Shown piece by piece: positions 9,776 through 19,248 of a stretch of DNA of 64,000 nt (positions are counted from its first letter, which is position 1; every line of letters starts with the position of its first letter). The stretch comes from Candidatus Poseidoniales archaeon (GTDB taxonomy: Archaea > Thermoplasmatota > Poseidoniia > Poseidoniales > Poseidoniaceae). A program made the translations under genes and the position numbers. Under the pieces are notes generated by a model. That model ran no database searches. It saw only the letters and a program-made list of their open reading frames with translations, and was not told the origin of the DNA. The stretch lies in assembly GCA_009887195.1 (NCBI GenBank), contig QXXX01000087.1, positions 2,407 to 66,406 of the forward strand, given 5' to 3'.

Positions 9776-10875
9776 TGGCACAAAAGCGCATGTCGGCAGA
9801 AGACACCAAGGTAGCCATGCATTCAGTAGTTGGTGAAATGTATGATAAAATTGTCAATGGTGAGCCTCCAACAATGACTTTACCTGTTAGAACAAAGACC
9901 AACATAGGGTTTGACAAGAAATTGGGCGTCTATAAATATGGCAAGAAGCGCTCGACTCGTGACGCAACAAGTTTAGGTTCGGCAAAACAACTACTCCGGG
10001 CATTACACGTCATTGAATTTATTGAAGAAATGATAGATTCTGGCAAATCTTCAACATTAAGAGAAATGTATTACATCTCCGAAAGTTGGGGATTGGGTAA
10101 ATTTGGTAGCCAAAATGAATCAAATAATCTTGCTGAAGATTTAGAAATTGTGACAAAGTGTCTGCGAGAAGATTTCAAATTACGTCCTGAAGAAGATGGG
10201 GCTAGAATGATTGGTAATCTAACATTGCAAGAGAGAAACAGGCGTGGAGAATGGATGAGAATCAATGCACGAGATGATGTTGGTGATTCTGGCTATGGCG
10301 TGCCATATAATGTTGAAAAAGAGAAAATCGAATTATTAGAACATGATATCAATTTCATCATGGCAATTGAAACAGGTGGTATGTTTGATCGATTAGTCGA
10401 AAATGGTTTTGATGAAGATTTCAAATGTGGCCTATTGCACCTAAAAGGGCAACCAGCAAGATCTACTAGACGAATTATCAAACGCATGAGCGAAGAATGG
10501 GACTTGCCAGTTGTTGTATTCCTTGACGGAGACCCGTGGTCATTCAGAATATTTGCCTCAATAGCCTACGGTGCCATTAAAACTGCACATATTTCGGAAT
10601 ATCTAGCAACACCATCTGCGACGTACTTAGGGATTACTGCTGATGATATCATGGCTTATGAGTTACCTAGTGATGACCTTTCAAAGAAAGATATCGAGGC
10701 GTTAAACGCAGAACTAACAGACCCTCGCTTTGCTGATTCATGGTGGCAAGAACAAATTAACATGATGTTAGAATTGGGCAAGAAGGCTGAGCAGCAATCG
10801 TTAGCCAAATATGGTCTAGATTTCGTAACAGATACGTATTTGCCTGAGAAATTAGCGGAATTGGGTCTTGCTTGA
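9775..10875 (+). CDS. top6A: DNA topoisomerase VI subunit A (Spo11 homologue)
   Basis: Catalytic-Tyr region LREMYYISE. Toprim motifs IETGGMFDRL and FLDGDPWSFRI. ATG 9775 overlaps the top6B TGA by 1 nt (TGATG) and is preceded by GGAGGTGA at 9761-9768. Confidence 0.95.
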   Translation: MAQKRMSAEDTKVAMHSVVGEMYDKIVNGEPPTMTLPVRTKTNIGFDKKLGVYKYGKKRSTRDATSLGSAKQLLRALHVIEFIEEMIDSGKSSTLREMYYISESWGLGKFGSQNESNNLAEDLEIVTKCLREDFKLRPEEDGARMIGNLTLQERNRRGEWMRINARDDVGDSGYGVPYNVEKEKIELLEHDINFIMAIETGGMFDRLVENGFDEDFKCGLLHLKGQPARSTRRIIKRMSEEWDLPVVVFLDGDPWSFRIFASIAYGAIKTAHISEYLATPSATYLGITADDIMAYELPSDDLSKKDIEALNAELTDPRFADSWWQEQINMMLELGKKAEQQSLAKYGLDFVTDTYLPEKLAELGLA

Positions 10876-10887
10876 TTTGTACAAGCA

Positions 10888-11943
10888 TTGATGGAGGACT
10901 TCCGCCGAGGAATAGACATGGCGCAGAAATCTGGTAACCCTTGGGCTTTGCGTATTGCCATAATCGGGTTAGTCTTTATTTTACTTGGTTCTATTGCGAT
11001 TTTTTCTAATGTTGACAAAATAGATGATGCTGCTAGTCCCAAAAAAATCAATGAAGCATCACTCACCGGTGATGGCAGTGTCACGGTTGAATTATCCAAA
11101 AGCTGCTATTCAGCAATCACTATAGATGATGAGGTCAGTAATGTTAGTCTGTTTAAAATGGCTGGTTCTAATGTCCAAGATGATCCAATAGCAACCAGTA
11201 ATTGCAAAACAGATTGGACCCCGATGGACTCTGATGGCAGTAAATTTGTCATTTTAGAGGATTGGGAAATCGATGACAGTGGGGAGTATGTTCTCCAAGT
11301 AGTATGCGAAAATGGATGTGAAAATTCAACCGTTTGGTTAGTTGACGCAACCAGCGCTCAATGGAAATTACTTGAGCAGCCGGCACTCGTATTTGGTGGA
11401 GCAACATGTTGTCTTGGAATTATAATTCTACCAATAGCGTTTATCCTTTACCAAACGAATAAGAATGGTAAGGGCCCCAAAATGATGATGGTTGGAGCGA
11501 ACGGTCAAATGATGCCAATTACTGATCTGACTCCTGAAAACATTGCAAAACTGCAGCAGCAGGCGGTTGTAGAAAAGGTAGACAACCCTTTTGCCGATAC
11601 AGGTTTAACTGAATCTAGCGACTTTGTCGACGGCAGTGAAGATGTTCAAAATGGTACACTATTGACTACAGAACAGGTATTTGCTCTAATGAAAGGAGAT
11701 GTTGATGAAGCACAAAGCAGAGTTAGTGATCCTTTTGCCGATTATAATCGTGTGCGCACAGAACAGCCGGTTAAGAAGGTCACCAACACAAAGGAAATCG
11801 CTTCATGGGATGAAGGGGATAATCTATTCACTAAACAGGAAGTTGAAAATAAGACAAAAACCGTTCCAAATAAGGTCGCTAAGACTGCTGAAGATAAGTC
11901 TTCAGCGAAACCTAATGCATGGAAAGATTGGGACGAAAATTAG
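10888..11943 (+). CDS. Hypothetical bitopic membrane protein (TM - Cys-containing ectodomain - TM - acidic tail)
   Basis: Two hydrophobic helices (ALRIAIIGLVFILLGSIAIF; GGATCCLGIIILPIAFILY) flank a 140-aa Cys-containing segment. The 160-aa C-terminal tail carries a repeated [ND]PFAD motif. Starts 12 nt after top6A. Confidence 0.6.
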   Translation: MMEDFRRGIDMAQKSGNPWALRIAIIGLVFILLGSIAIFSNVDKIDDAASPKKINEASLTGDGSVTVELSKSCYSAITIDDEVSNVSLFKMAGSNVQDDPIATSNCKTDWTPMDSDGSKFVILEDWEIDDSGEYVLQVVCENGCENSTVWLVDATSAQWKLLEQPALVFGGATCCLGIIILPIAFILYQTNKNGKGPKMMMVGANGQMMPITDLTPENIAKLQQQAVVEKVDNPFADTGLTESSDFVDGSEDVQNGTLLTTEQVFALMKGDVDEAQSRVSDPFADYNRVRTEQPVKKVTNTKEIASWDEGDNLFTKQEVENKTKTVPNKVAKTAEDKSSAKPNAWKDWDEN

Positions 11944-12527
11944 GTGATTACGTGAATAAGTATATCTCGATTAGCATCACAATTATTGGTTTATTAATGC
12001 TGATAATATCATCATTAGCGGTAACCAATAATTTGAACGACTCCGAATCTGTAGATGCTATGCTACCACCTTGCACGGTAGAGCAAGGTTTGCCAGTTGT
12101 TGGACAGGATGAAGTGACTTGTTATTGGGGGATGTCCGGGGAAATGTTAGAAATTCCAAGTGAGGCTATTGCTGCTGATGTGGATGTACAAATATCTTGG
12201 CAAAAATCAGGGGTATGGATTGGTATTGCAGAGGCTTCAGAAGCAGAAAAATGTGAACTAAAAACAGACTATTATGAGTGTGAAAAAGATTCTGTCACCT
12301 TGATAGCAGGTGGGCCTACGTCTAATGGTGAGATCGTATGGAATCCCAGCCCAGGAGAATATCGATTTGTTGCCGGAGGCGATGATACCCAAACATTACA
12401 ACAATTTTCTGTAGATTGGGAATATGAGGCTTCATTAAAGTCTGGATTGGCAATAACAATGATGGTTATTGGTGGATCTCTATTGATTACCGGGGCATTT
12501 TTACTTTACCAGAACCGGAATAACTGA
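11919..12527 (+). CDS. Hypothetical bitopic membrane protein (TM - Cys-containing ectodomain - TM)
   Basis: Same TM-ectodomain-TM layout as the preceding gene, with four ectodomain Cys and a GEY motif about 35 aa before TM2. Alternative start GTG 11952, 4 nt after AGGTGA. Confidence 0.6.
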   Translation: MERLGRKLGDYVNKYISISITIIGLLMLIISSLAVTNNLNDSESVDAMLPPCTVEQGLPVVGQDEVTCYWGMSGEMLEIPSEAIAADVDVQISWQKSGVWIGIAEASEAEKCELKTDYYECEKDSVTLIAGGPTSNGEIVWNPSPGEYRFVAGGDDTQTLQQFSVDWEYEASLKSGLAITMMVIGGSLLITGAFLLYQNRNN

Positions 12528-12569
12528 TTTGAAAAGGTTCTTCAATTAGGTAACCTTAGGTTTAGCAAT

Positions 12570-13322
12570 ATGGCAGACCTTGACCTCGCACTATCCCTTT
12601 TGCAGAACAAAGTTCGCAGGCAAATCTTAGAGAGACTTGTTAGAGAACCTCACTATCCGATGCAGTTGGCTGAATTGATTGGAGTGAGTCAACAAGCAGT
12701 AAAGAAGCATTTGAAGGAATTAGAAAAGGGTAATTTTGTGACTAAAATGAAAGTTCCAAGCGAAAAGGGTGGACCACCAAGAACAATTTATACCGTTCAA
12801 GAAGCTATTTCAATTAGAATTGATTTAGGTCCTGATTTATTTAATTGTGAACAACGAAAATTACCTGCAGGTGGACCTATGCGTTTATCGAGGAAGCTAC
12901 CTGAATCCACTCATGCTGTTGCCGAGGTAGTCAGTGGGAGGAAACGTATCTCTGTCAGTGAAGGGGTGGCACATTTGGCAGAACTCAATCAGGTAATTGA
13001 GCAACTAGATGGTCAAAGAGACGCCCTGATTTCACTGCATCAACATATTAGAAACCGCATCTCGCAAGGAGTCGACAGTGATTTTGAGCAGTATGAAGAA
13101 CGAGCAATGATTCATTCGATTATCGAAGCACCTGAAAAGCGGCTCGATCTTAACTTGTTAAGCAAGGAATTGCAATTAGGGCAACGGCAAGTTTCTGAAT
13201 TACTAGAAGAAGTTAGAGCAAAACTTCAGCGCCAAATTTCGGAAAAGGCTGGCCACGTGATAGTTACGCCTGAAAATTCCAACCTGTTTTGGTGGTTGGG
13301 AGATTACAAGAAGTCTAATTGA
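12570..13322 (+). CDS. ArsR-type winged-helix transcriptional regulator with long helical C-terminal domain
   Basis: NKVRRQILERLVREPHYPMQLAELIGVSQQAVKKHLKELEKGNFV is a classic ArsR/SmtB HTH. The C-terminal 150 aa is helical or coiled-coil-like. Confidence 0.65.
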   Translation: MADLDLALSLLQNKVRRQILERLVREPHYPMQLAELIGVSQQAVKKHLKELEKGNFVTKMKVPSEKGGPPRTIYTVQEAISIRIDLGPDLFNCEQRKLPAGGPMRLSRKLPESTHAVAEVVSGRKRISVSEGVAHLAELNQVIEQLDGQRDALISLHQHIRNRISQGVDSDFEQYEERAMIHSIIEAPEKRLDLNLLSKELQLGQRQVSELLEEVRAKLQRQISEKAGHVIVTPENSNLFWWLGDYKKSN

Positions 13323-13323
13323 A

Positions 13324-16300
13324 TTAATCTTCGGATTCAAGTACTGAAACTAATGAAGACTGTTCAGCAATCCTCAATTTTGCTTCTTCTCTACGAGCCT
13401 TACCAACAAAGTAAACTACTCCAAGTAAAGATAGAGTGAGCAAAATTACGACGAATGGCAATGCTGTTTTGCCAATCACCTGGGATGCAACATCTAAGAA
13501 TGGGTTAGGTGATTCCAATGGTTCGGAAACCGCTTTAACGTTATTCTTTTCACTACCTTCAACAATTTGGTTCATTGGGTCGACTACTACGTAGATACCC
13601 TTGCTTCCTGCAACTACTGGATATAGTAGATAAATTTCAATTTCTTTAACTTCTTCCGACGCATCAGGAGCAAGTAGAGCACCAACAACTTGTCGCATGA
13701 CAATACTGTCTTCCGCACAGCCATTATCTTGTATCTCATTGATGATTGATTGGCTATCAACATCATCATATTGACACAATACTATCTCGATATCGACTGC
13801 ATGGGTATTACCCTTATTTTGCAGCACAATACCAATAGGAATGGTCGAATCTATTTCTCCACTATAATCGGATATGATTAATTCACTTATTACCAGGTCT
13901 GGAGCTTTTAGACTCAACGTAACTACGAATTCATTGCTGTCTAGGTTTTCCCCCTGCCAAGATGGTGAGGAATCGAAATCGCCCCCTTCAGTCATGTCTC
14001 CTGCTTTTGATACGACTTTCAATCCAACAACTCTAGTGTCTAATTTAGCCGTAGTTGATATTTTAACCACTGCAATCATTTCTATTGTTTGGTATGGCGC
14101 CATTTTAGGCATCATGTAAACGAAACTATCACCTGACGGAATCATTGCACAACGAATTGAATCCTGTGCCTCCTCAACTGTTGCATAGAAGTTATCAATT
14201 TCTATTTGGCTAGCATCTCCTGCAGGTATTGGTTCAGATATCTCGACACACGGTTCGGGTACTTCCAAATCATTGCTTATCTTTTTGACAGTTCGCCACT
14301 CTACAGACCAACCACTCAAAGCACCCATCCCGGGAAGTTCTGACCAAATTAAGGCGTTTCCTTCCTGTTGTGCAGTGTGATTATTCAAAGTCGGCCAGTC
14401 TTCCACGTTACCGTTGTTGGTAATATTTACCGAGAAACTGACGAACTTGCCAGGTGCTGAAACTTTTACCGGATTGTCAACTGATGGGTCCATGTAAATT
14501 TCCATGTCGTAAAATTCATTGACATAGACATACAAGAAGTCTGAGTCCCTTTCTCTGGTCAACCTATTATCTTCATTCGGATATGCTTCTTCTGATAGCG
14601 TTTGGAATTCTACAACGTACAGTCCTGCCGCAATATCAAATTCTGGAACATTCATCAACACATCGAAGGTTTGGTCTGAATCTCTATCCAGTTCCTCAAG
14701 ACTTTCGCGAGGTATAACAATATCCCAATGACCAGTTCTAACAGGAACACCAGTTGGGTCTGTGACCGTAGTTAGTCTGAAATCAAATCTATCTGGCCCG
14801 TTACCATTGTTGATAGTAGTGGTTGGTAGGACTATATTTTCTCCAGGATTGACTGCTATTGCAGAAACAGGATTGCCGAATGAATCGGTAACTGTTACCA
14901 ATCGATCTGGTTCTCGCTCGATATCGGTTTCAAGGCTGTATTCATGAATCACGTTGATAGTATATCTTGCTGAGTCTGATACTTTTTGGTACCCTTCTAA
15001 GTTAGCTTGTAAAGTAACACTCTTAGAACCAATGCTAGCATCTTCTGGAACACAAAGTGTAACTCTTACCAAGTAAGTCTTGAAAGTAGTACCTGGGTCT
15101 AATTTCCACTCGATTGGAGTGCCAAGAGTCGCATCGCTTCCCCCAAGGGTTTGAGAGAAATCAACATCTACGACCCAGTTTGATTGTGCCCAAGTAGCCT
15201 CGTCGATGTCATTTGGCTTTTCATCTGGAGCACCAGGGGTGCTAAATATTAGATTTCCAGACTCAAAATTCTTGGTAACATCTTGTTCAAAGGTGTGGCA
15301 TTGTCCCGCCATTACTTCTTTTTCACTGTCCTCTGGAAGTAATTCTTCGAAGACGATATTCCCTTCGGATTGTATAGATACGAAGATGCCTAGTTCAAGA
15401 ATGTCATAAGTTCCTTTGTCTACAGACTTAATCGGTTCTCCTTCAGACCAACCTTTCAAGTAGATTACAAATGCACCTGGATCTTCTGTTGATGGCACTT
15501 TTACAGTGAGTATTTTGGTAGTTGATTTACCAGGATCAAGTTCGACACGTAGCGGGAAAGTGATCTCCCAACCAAATGGTAGTAACCATTCTTGTTGACC
15601 TTCCAAGGTATTTGGGTCCCAGAAGAGGAAACTGTCCTGAACGTTCCCGGTATTAGTTATCGTAATTGAGAATGTTGCTTGGCTTCCTTGTTCGATATCT
15701 TGTACACTTAGTGATGTATCTAGGCTTATCCCATGAACAACATCCATCAATGTCAGAGTTGTTAGATCTGATCTTATAGCTGGGTCTTTGTAGGATTTTG
15801 CGGTAACTACTATTTGGGCCAACTCATCTTCATTTGCTTGATAAATAGTTGGTGCTTGGACTCTTAGATAGAAATTAATGAATTCTCCACCTTTAAGATA
15901 AATGGGCGTAGTTGGAGTGATTTGGGTTTGATTGTTGGCAAAGAATAGTTGCACGGTCCAATTTGTTGGCACTCCTGAAACATTTATTCCATAAGTATCT
16001 GCAACTAAATCAATATCTCCCGGAGTTGAGTTATTCATTGTCATGTTGTAAAGTGTTTGTTCACCTGGTTCAATAACGTGATAGAACGTTTCACCGAGAG
16101 CCAGTTCTACATCTACTTGACCGGTTAGAACATGTGAATAGCAGATGGTAAATGCACCATTTTGCTCATCATTACATTTGTTTCTGTCCGACCAGCCAAC
16201 GTGAGCCCCGCTTCCTAAATCATTGGCAAATGCTGGAGGTATTCCGATCTCAGGTCTACCTGCTGTATCTGTGCCTAACTTATTGCTAGCCCATGAAGTA

Positions 16301-18471
16301 ATTGAGACAATATCCCATGGATCAAGAGCGAACTCTCCTGTTCCAACAAGGTCCGTTTGATTCAATCTAGTATACTGTACCTCTTCCCCGGCAGTGACAT
16401 TGCCAGAATCTACCCACGCGATATGAACATTGTTTTGATCATCTGTTAGCAAGGACGGATATATCGAATGTCCAGACCAAGGACGATTAGCCGCCAAACC
16501 AGATAGTCCTTCCACATTCGAGATAGGAGTGTCTTCTATTTTCTTTATCGCGTAAGTTGAGAGCCCTTCTTCAGCACCGTCAAATGCCCCAGCTCCCTGT
16601 AATCGAAGTTTGGTGTAGTATACCTCATAATTGGCTGACTTTTCAAACCCATAATCTCTGCCGTCCATCCAGGCAATGTGTGTGTTACCTTGCATATCAA
16701 CGCCAATTGAGGGATGGAACGAGTACGCATCATCGATAGTAACTCGTGTATCATTAACTACAACAAGATGGCCTTCTTCTGCTGAACCAGTATCTTCGAT
16801 ATAATTGCCATTAACCACGCTGTGACCAGTAGCTCCAGGCGTCCAAGTTGGGTCGTTTTCCATCTTGGCGTAAGGATCTAAAACAGTCATGTAGATTTCT
16901 CTAGAATTATTTGTTGCAACGAAAACCATTGCTTCTACCAATAGGGCCATAGCACCTGCTCCGCCGCCGCCGGATGGGAATTCATACGCTTGCCCTCCAG
17001 CATTTACCGTTCTAGGATTATTTGAAGGGTCAGCACCAGGGCAATTTCTTGCCTGTGTTGATACGACGCCGTTTGGACATTTGGCCAAGTCAAGGAAATG
17101 AGACTGAATACTACCCGCACCGCCGTAGCCTTGTCCATATAGGCCAATTGGGATTACTCCAGCCTTAACGCAATTATCGTGAGCCTCATCGATTGAATTG
17201 ATATCATCTGCTTGTTGGGATGGGTCGCCATCTTTAGGGCCTTCATCAGAAACCGGTAAGACGATTTTAGTGGCATTTGGGTTCCACTTGTGATCTGCCG
17301 ATGTTGCCGGATTTCCTGGAACATTGCCGTTGGTATCTTTCCAAGATAGACAAGCCCAGTTAGTTCCTGGTCCCCAGTCTTCTCCTGAGCTGCCAGAATA
17401 TGGATTGCCGTTGTAGATAGTATTGCCTAGAGACCTTATTCCGCCAGAATCATCTCCATCACCAAGCGGTGTGGATCTTGGGCCAGAGTTTTGATTGAAT
17501 CCAGCGCAATCTCCACTGTCGGCTGCGCTTGGAAGTCCAAACCCGCCATCTAGCCCGTAAATTGTTTCATAAACAGTCATGTTGGCAACTTCAAGTAAAG
17601 GTTTGATGCCCTCAAATGAAGAGCCATCCGAGAATGTTCCACCGTAAATTACCGTGCATACATCGGCCCATTCAGAATACATCGAACCTGAGGTGTCAAT
17701 CACGAAAACAAGTTCTACTTTGCCGCCTCGTGTATCGTCCCAAACAATTTGCACTTGGTCGTTAGCATCAACAACAATGTCAGGATGTCCTTTGTGCCCG
17801 ATAATTGGCGTAATCAATGTGTCATCAAATAGTACAATGACGTCGTTGGTGACAAAGTCAGGTTGAAGCATGCTGTAGTATATTTGTGGTTGATTGAAGA
17901 ATTTCTCTTCGGAATCATATTCGTCTTGCCATGCGATGTGAATATTGCCTTGGGAGTCAACATCAATAGATGCCCAGTCTCTATCTTGAGCCCTTTGAGA
18001 CACTACAGTGTCATCAATACCTGTTATTGAATTATCAGTAGATGATTGTCCGTTGAATGGTTGAATTTTGTAAGGGCTAAGAGCAGTATACATTATTTTG
18101 TGAGTCCCTGATTTATCCGTCCATACAATGTGTATATTGTCATCTGCATCGGCTACCACATCAGGGTGCCAAACTTTGTGAATTCCTGCATTGGTAATTT
18201 GAGTTGCGTCAATCAATGTTTCTCCATTACTAGCCACCATCGAATAGTACAGATGCAAATTATTCCTTGCCCATATGATGTGAACATTGCCTTGACTGTC
18301 TCCGACTATTGCTGTTTGCGTGTCAGATGCAGATCCGCCATCAACAATTTGCTGAGGTTCAGTAATTACTACTGTGTTGGCTTCAGCAAAATCGCTTGCA
18401 ACTACCATTCCCGAAAGGGCTGAAAGAAGCATAATTGTTACTAAACTGATTGATTTGAATGTTTGACTCAT
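13324..18471 (-). CDS. Giant surface protein: propeller-like repeats interrupted by a VWA domain, CARDB/DUF11-like beta-sandwich domains, C-terminal TM anchor
   Basis: Signal peptide MSQTFKSISLVTIMLLSALSGMVVA. At least seven G-N-x-H-I-x-W-x-D...Y(Y/T) repeats. MIDAS DTSGS at nt 17683-17697. Several xTNxGN motifs (ITITNTGNV, VNITNNGNV, IVLQNKGNT). C-terminal helix ALPFVVILLTLSLLGVVYFVG followed by KARREE. Confidence 0.8.
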   Translation of the reverse strand: MSQTFKSISLVTIMLLSALSGMVVASDFAEANTVVITEPQQIVDGGSASDTQTAIVGDSQGNVHIIWARNNLHLYYSMVASNGETLIDATQITNAGIHKVWHPDVVADADDNIHIVWTDKSGTHKIMYTALSPYKIQPFNGQSSTDNSITGIDDTVVSQRAQDRDWASIDVDSQGNIHIAWQDEYDSEEKFFNQPQIYYSMLQPDFVTNDVIVLFDDTLITPIIGHKGHPDIVVDANDQVQIVWDDTRGGKVELVFVIDTSGSMYSEWADVCTVIYGGTFSDGSSFEGIKPLLEVANMTVYETIYGLDGGFGLPSAADSGDCAGFNQNSGPRSTPLGDGDDSGGIRSLGNTIYNGNPYSGSSGEDWGPGTNWACLSWKDTNGNVPGNPATSADHKWNPNATKIVLPVSDEGPKDGDPSQQADDINSIDEAHDNCVKAGVIPIGLYGQGYGGAGSIQSHFLDLAKCPNGVVSTQARNCPGADPSNNPRTVNAGGQAYEFPSGGGGAGAMALLVEAMVFVATNNSREIYMTVLDPYAKMENDPTWTPGATGHSVVNGNYIEDTGSAEEGHLVVVNDTRVTIDDAYSFHPSIGVDMQGNTHIAWMDGRDYGFEKSANYEVYYTKLRLQGAGAFDGAEEGLSTYAIKKIEDTPISNVEGLSGLAANRPWSGHSIYPSLLTDDQNNVHIAWVDSGNVTAGEEVQYTRLNQTDLVGTGEFALDPWDIVSITSWASNKLGTDTAGRPEIGIPPAFANDLGSGAHVGWSDRNKCNDEQNGAFTICYSHVLTGQVDVELALGETFYHVIEPGEQTLYNMTMNNSTPGDIDLVADTYGINVSGVPTNWTVQLFFANNQTQITPTTPIYLKGGEFINFYLRVQAPTIYQANEDELAQIVVTAKSYKDPAIRSDLTTLTLMDVVHGISLDTSLSVQDIEQGSQATFSITITNTGNVQDSFLFWDPNTLEGQQEWLLPFGWEITFPLRVELDPGKSTTKILTVKVPSTEDPGAFVIYLKGWSEGEPIKSVDKGTYDILELGIFVSIQSEGNIVFEELLPEDSEKEVMAGQCHTFEQDVTKNFESGNLIFSTPGAPDEKPNDIDEATWAQSNWVVDVDFSQTLGGSDATLGTPIEWKLDPGTTFKTYLVRVTLCVPEDASIGSKSVTLQANLEGYQKVSDSARYTINVIHEYSLETDIEREPDRLVTVTDSFGNPVSAIAVNPGENIVLPTTTINNGNGPDRFDFRLTTVTDPTGVPVRTGHWDIVIPRESLEELDRDSDQTFDVLMNVPEFDIAAGLYVVEFQTLSEEAYPNEDNRLTRERDSDFLYVYVNEFYDMEIYMDPSVDNPVKVSAPGKFVSFSVNITNNGNVEDWPTLNNHTAQQEGNALIWSELPGMGALSGWSVEWRTVKKISNDLEVPEPCVEISEPIPAGDASQIEIDNFYATVEEAQDSIRCAMIPSGDSFVYMMPKMAPYQTIEMIAVVKISTTAKLDTRVVGLKVVSKAGDMTEGGDFDSSPSWQGENLDSNEFVVTLSLKAPDLVISELIISDYSGEIDSTIPIGIVLQNKGNTHAVDIEIVLCQYDDVDSQSIINEIQDNGCAEDSIVMRQVVGALLAPDASEEVKEIEIYLLYPVVAGSKGIYVVVDPMNQIVEGSEKNNVKAVSEPLESPNPFLDVASQVIGKTALPFVVILLTLSLLGVVYFVGKARREEAKLRIAEQSSLVSVLESED

Positions 18472-18557
18472 GGATAACCCTCGCTTATAGCGGCTTTAAC
18501 CATCTCCTCTTCATACTTAACTGCGACCCATTCAGGTCAGTTTTTAGGGTTCCTAAA

Positions 18558-19235
18558 CTAAGCCCATTCTGATGGGTCAAAACTAGTGCCGAAGGACATT
18601 TTTTCATCAAATTCAATTTCGGGACTTTCTGCTTCAGTTTGAGTAATGTCGATGTTGTTTAATCGTTCTTTTTGCGCAGCCTCGCGATTTTCCCAATCAT
18701 CAACTGGGCCGGGTTTGCCAACCCCTGGACCATATGAATATTTTATTTCATGAATTATTCCTAGTTTGGCTAGCCAAAGACGCCTTAGAGAATGCATAAA
18801 TTCATGCTTTGTTATTCCATCAAACCATATTGGCAAACTGACATTGAATGCTTGAAGAGGTCCAGGTTTCTTATTGGCGTCATGCCCCATATGAATCCCC
18901 CAGTCTACAGAGGAGCTAATCAATTGAAGGCGGGCTTCATGGATCCATTCAGACCAGCCATCGGTATCATCTTTCATGTGGTTTTTCATTTCTTCTTGTT
19001 GCCCTTTATCTACTCTAGTCATACTAGAAATGGCAACCAAGTCGCGGTTTTTTGGAATGACTACTGCAAACATATGCCCTTGCTTTCCTTGTGGATATTT
19101 TATCAAAATATGAGCGTGCGCTCGCCCATCGGGTTGTTCTTTGACAAAGAGCCTCTCCTCGCCTAACCACTTCCTTACCATGGACACTATCTCGGCTGGA
19201 GTCACATATCTAGCGAGAAACTCATCTCGTTTCAA
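18558..19235 (-). CDS. Hypothetical protein (possibly YbjN/DUF2299-like N-terminal half)
   Basis: 225-aa ORF 13 nt downstream of the acyltransferase gene. The family assignment is weak and from memory only. Confidence 0.5.
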   Translation of the reverse strand: MKRDEFLARYVTPAEIVSMVRKWLGEERLFVKEQPDGRAHAHILIKYPQGKQGHMFAVVIPKNRDLVAISSMTRVDKGQQEEMKNHMKDDTDGWSEWIHEARLQLISSSVDWGIHMGHDANKKPGPLQAFNVSLPIWFDGITKHEFMHSLRRLWLAKLGIIHEIKYSYGPGVGKPGPVDDWENREAAQKERLNNIDITQTEAESPEIEFDEKMSFGTSFDPSEWA

Positions 19236-19248
19236 TTATGCCCATGAT

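Noticed and set aside
11584-11742. Reading the NPF/DPF peptides as eukaryote-like endocytic adaptor motifs
   Set aside because: Tripeptides this short recur by chance, and no EH-domain or adaptor-like gene is present. Only the duplicated 5-aa/12-nt motif is reported, without that interpretation.
13874-18423. Numerous 60-100-aa ORFs antisense to or out of frame with the 1715-aa gene; similar cases occur inside 49025-53719 and 56036-63967
   Set aside because: All are fully nested in long ORFs with clear domain content. They are short, lack motifs and are typical shadow ORFs.
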